DNA of 64,000 bases, from NCBI RefSeq assembly GCF_009834535.1, contig NC_045696.1:53136001-53200000 (forward strand). The letters are read 5' to 3'. A model generated the notes under the pieces. That model saw nothing but the letters and a program-made list of their open reading frames with translations. It was not told the DNA's origin and made no database searches. Source of the DNA: Camelus ferus. Its lineage: Eukaryota. Position numbers and translations under genes: made by a program. Of the stretch, positions 61,816-64,000 are shown in pieces (the first letter of the stretch is position 1; each line of letters starts with the position of its first letter).

Positions 61816-64000
61816 CTTTAAACTGGAATAAAAATTATTTTATATTTAGTCAAATTTTACGCACTGGAGAAAGGAATGGCAAAACTCAAAAGGGAAGAGA
61901 GGTGTGGTGTCTTTGGTAGAGTTTCCAAAGAAGGCTTAAGGACATCTTCAAGGCCTGAAGAAGTTATTAGGCCAAATTCTCTTTTTCCCTAAATAATTTC
62001 AGATTTTACAGATGGTAAAGGTAGATTATCAGAACTATACTTAAATATTAACAGTTACTGACTAAAAAACATAATGGAGAGAGAAAAAGAAAGAATAACT
62101 GAATTGCAAGAAGATATGGGTGAGGTCGGGGGAGGAAGGTTTCAAATAGGCATGCAGAAATGTCTGGAAACAAAGGAGATTGCCTGGGAGGAGCTATATG
62201 CAGAGAATGACAGAGGTACAGGGTTGTGTATAATCCTTTTGTGGCAGATTAAGGAAGTGCTGGGGCAGAATTAGGGGCCCACTTGCTCCAAGAGGTGCCT
62301 ACAAAGTGGCAGAGGTGTTTCTTCCTGACATCTTTGTTGCCAGAGAATGCGTGCAAGTGGCAAGAAGGTAAACACAGGAGGCTCCGCTGTGATGTACTTA
62401 CTGAGCCTTTCATGCTAGGGGATAAAACACTTTTGCTTGTCTTTACCACGTTAATATGCAAACCCTATGATCTTAGAAACACTCAACGTTGGCCAGTTCC
62501 CTCTAGCCATGTATTAGGTATTGGGTTTCAGCTTTTTAGCACATAGTGATACTGCTTCTTACTTAGTGGAGCAAAAACTAAATGGGTGGTAGAAAAAAGG
62601 GCATTTGATATAGTCACACATCCTGCAGTGCTATGCTATTGCATCTATTTTCATATATTTCAAAATTGGTTTGATTTCTGGGTTTCCACCCGACAGTAGA
62701 CCCAGGGAGACTCTGTACGAATAACCTTTTCCCTGTAACGTGACAGTGTTGTCCCTGGTCTGTAGGCTATGTCACCTTCAATTAAACAGTGGCTCAATCA
62801 GTGTGAAGACAGCCTTCGTATTGTTACCAGAGAAAGGCTTCTCCTTTGTGACTGAGCCTTTTCCAGCTGTTGAGATGTTCACCAGTTGCTGCCTCAGCTC
62901 CTTGGAACCCACTTGGCTTGCGAGCAACGATGCATTTACTGTACTAGTAATTAATGCCGTTAGCTTTGTAATTAAAAAAAAAAACTTTTTGCCTTTATAC
63001 TCAGGGTGATAATGCTGCAAGTAAAAATTAATTAAAATGAGATGAATTGCCTTCAGTTAAACGAAATGGAAAGAGACAGGGAGGGGTAAAGGGAGGGAGG
63101 GACCTGACGAAGTTTGTAGTCTTATTAATGAAGCAAACTGAGGAGGTCGGGCTTCTAATTTTCTCCTGATTCTTTTTCCTTTGTGTTACAGCCTGGGTTA
63201 ATGGAGCCAAAAACCATCAGTTGGAGAGGGAATACAGAGAATTTCCACTGTTACTCGACTTAGCTATGTGTCACTATGAAGACCACAAACATGAATGCCC
63301 ATGTTTGTCAAGTCCCCCTTCAATTTTCCTGTATCGGTCTGTTTGAAGTAATGGGCTGTGAAATTGGCTTTTATATTATTATTAATTAGATCTGATGCTT
63401 GATATTTTTTAACACTTGATGTAGTGAGAAGATATGGTTCTTTTTACAGGATAAAGTCCTGATAAATTCAATCACTGACTATAACCAAGTTGGAGTGAGA
63501 AAGTCTAACTTCTTCCCAACCTGAAAGCAGGCCTGGTGACAGCCAACTTTTTCATCTTCCACGCTCCTAATTTTTCTGAATTTAGCCTCCCAATTCTGTC
63601 TGTGGGACACAGCTCTTTTAAATTAGTTTAATGCACCAGCATTCGAAATTTCATACAGGAACAACAGTCAATTAATCAATAAACATGTGCTTAATGAAAT
63701 CCTTGTGTGTACCTGAGGGTTATGTCAGTGCTTCAGGGAATACAGAAACAGTGAAATAACAACACTTGTCTTCAAAGAATTGATACACTAGGAAAACAAC
63801 AACTAAGTTGCATAAACCTCTTACAAGTGGGCAATTAAAGCCTAAAGGCTCTGACACTCTGAAATGAAATGTGTTTGTGTACAAGAAGGGACACCATGGT
63901 CTGGAGAAGTCAGCAACGACTTCATAGGGAGAATGAGCCAATGGAAAAGAGCAGAAAAAAGGACATAGTTAAGGAAGAATTTTCATTACAGCTCAGAACA

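Noticed and set aside
62778..63020. Minus-strand ORF (SLLASQVGSKELRQQLVNISTAGKG...) as a coding exon
   Set aside because: Weak acceptor and donor context and no recognisable homology. It cannot be fully excluded without BLASTX/PhyloCSF.
1..64000. Prokaryotic-type systems (CRISPR, operons, defence islands), tRNA/rRNA genes, CpG-island promoter, processed pseudogene
   Set aside because: The sequence is CpG-depleted mammalian DNA. I saw no repeat-spacer array, structured RNA gene signature, CpG island or long gene-like ORF.

Overview
This is AT-rich, CpG-depleted, non-coding mammalian genomic DNA (gene desert or large intron). It is most likely from a camelid: the young L1 3' tails resemble camelid/cetartiodactyl L1s, and I saw no Alu, B1, Bov-tA/BovB, PRE-1 or SINEC elements. 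I can support no protein-coding exon, tRNA, rRNA, CpG island or CRISPR array. The supplied ORFs are chance ORFs or come from repeats. The window is a mosaic of decayed transposable elements: MIR, L2, CR1/L3, old and young L1 fragments, MaLR/ERV solo LTRs, hAT-Charlie MITEs (MER3, MER5, MER117) and microsatellites. Repeat-free blocks between them may be enhancers. Three observations stand out: (1) a ~2.2 kb, very decayed minus-strand LINE ORF2 fossil (28.4-30.6 kb) whose endonuclease and RT motifs look Tx1/non-mammalian-L1-like; (2) an AmnSINE1-like fragment at ~16.1-16.4 kb; (3) a structurally odd split young L1 insertion at 25.26-25.7 kb. All family names were assigned by eye from remembered consensus motifs and need RepeatMasker/Dfam confirmation. 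Boundaries of old elements are approximate. I found no convincing new biological system.
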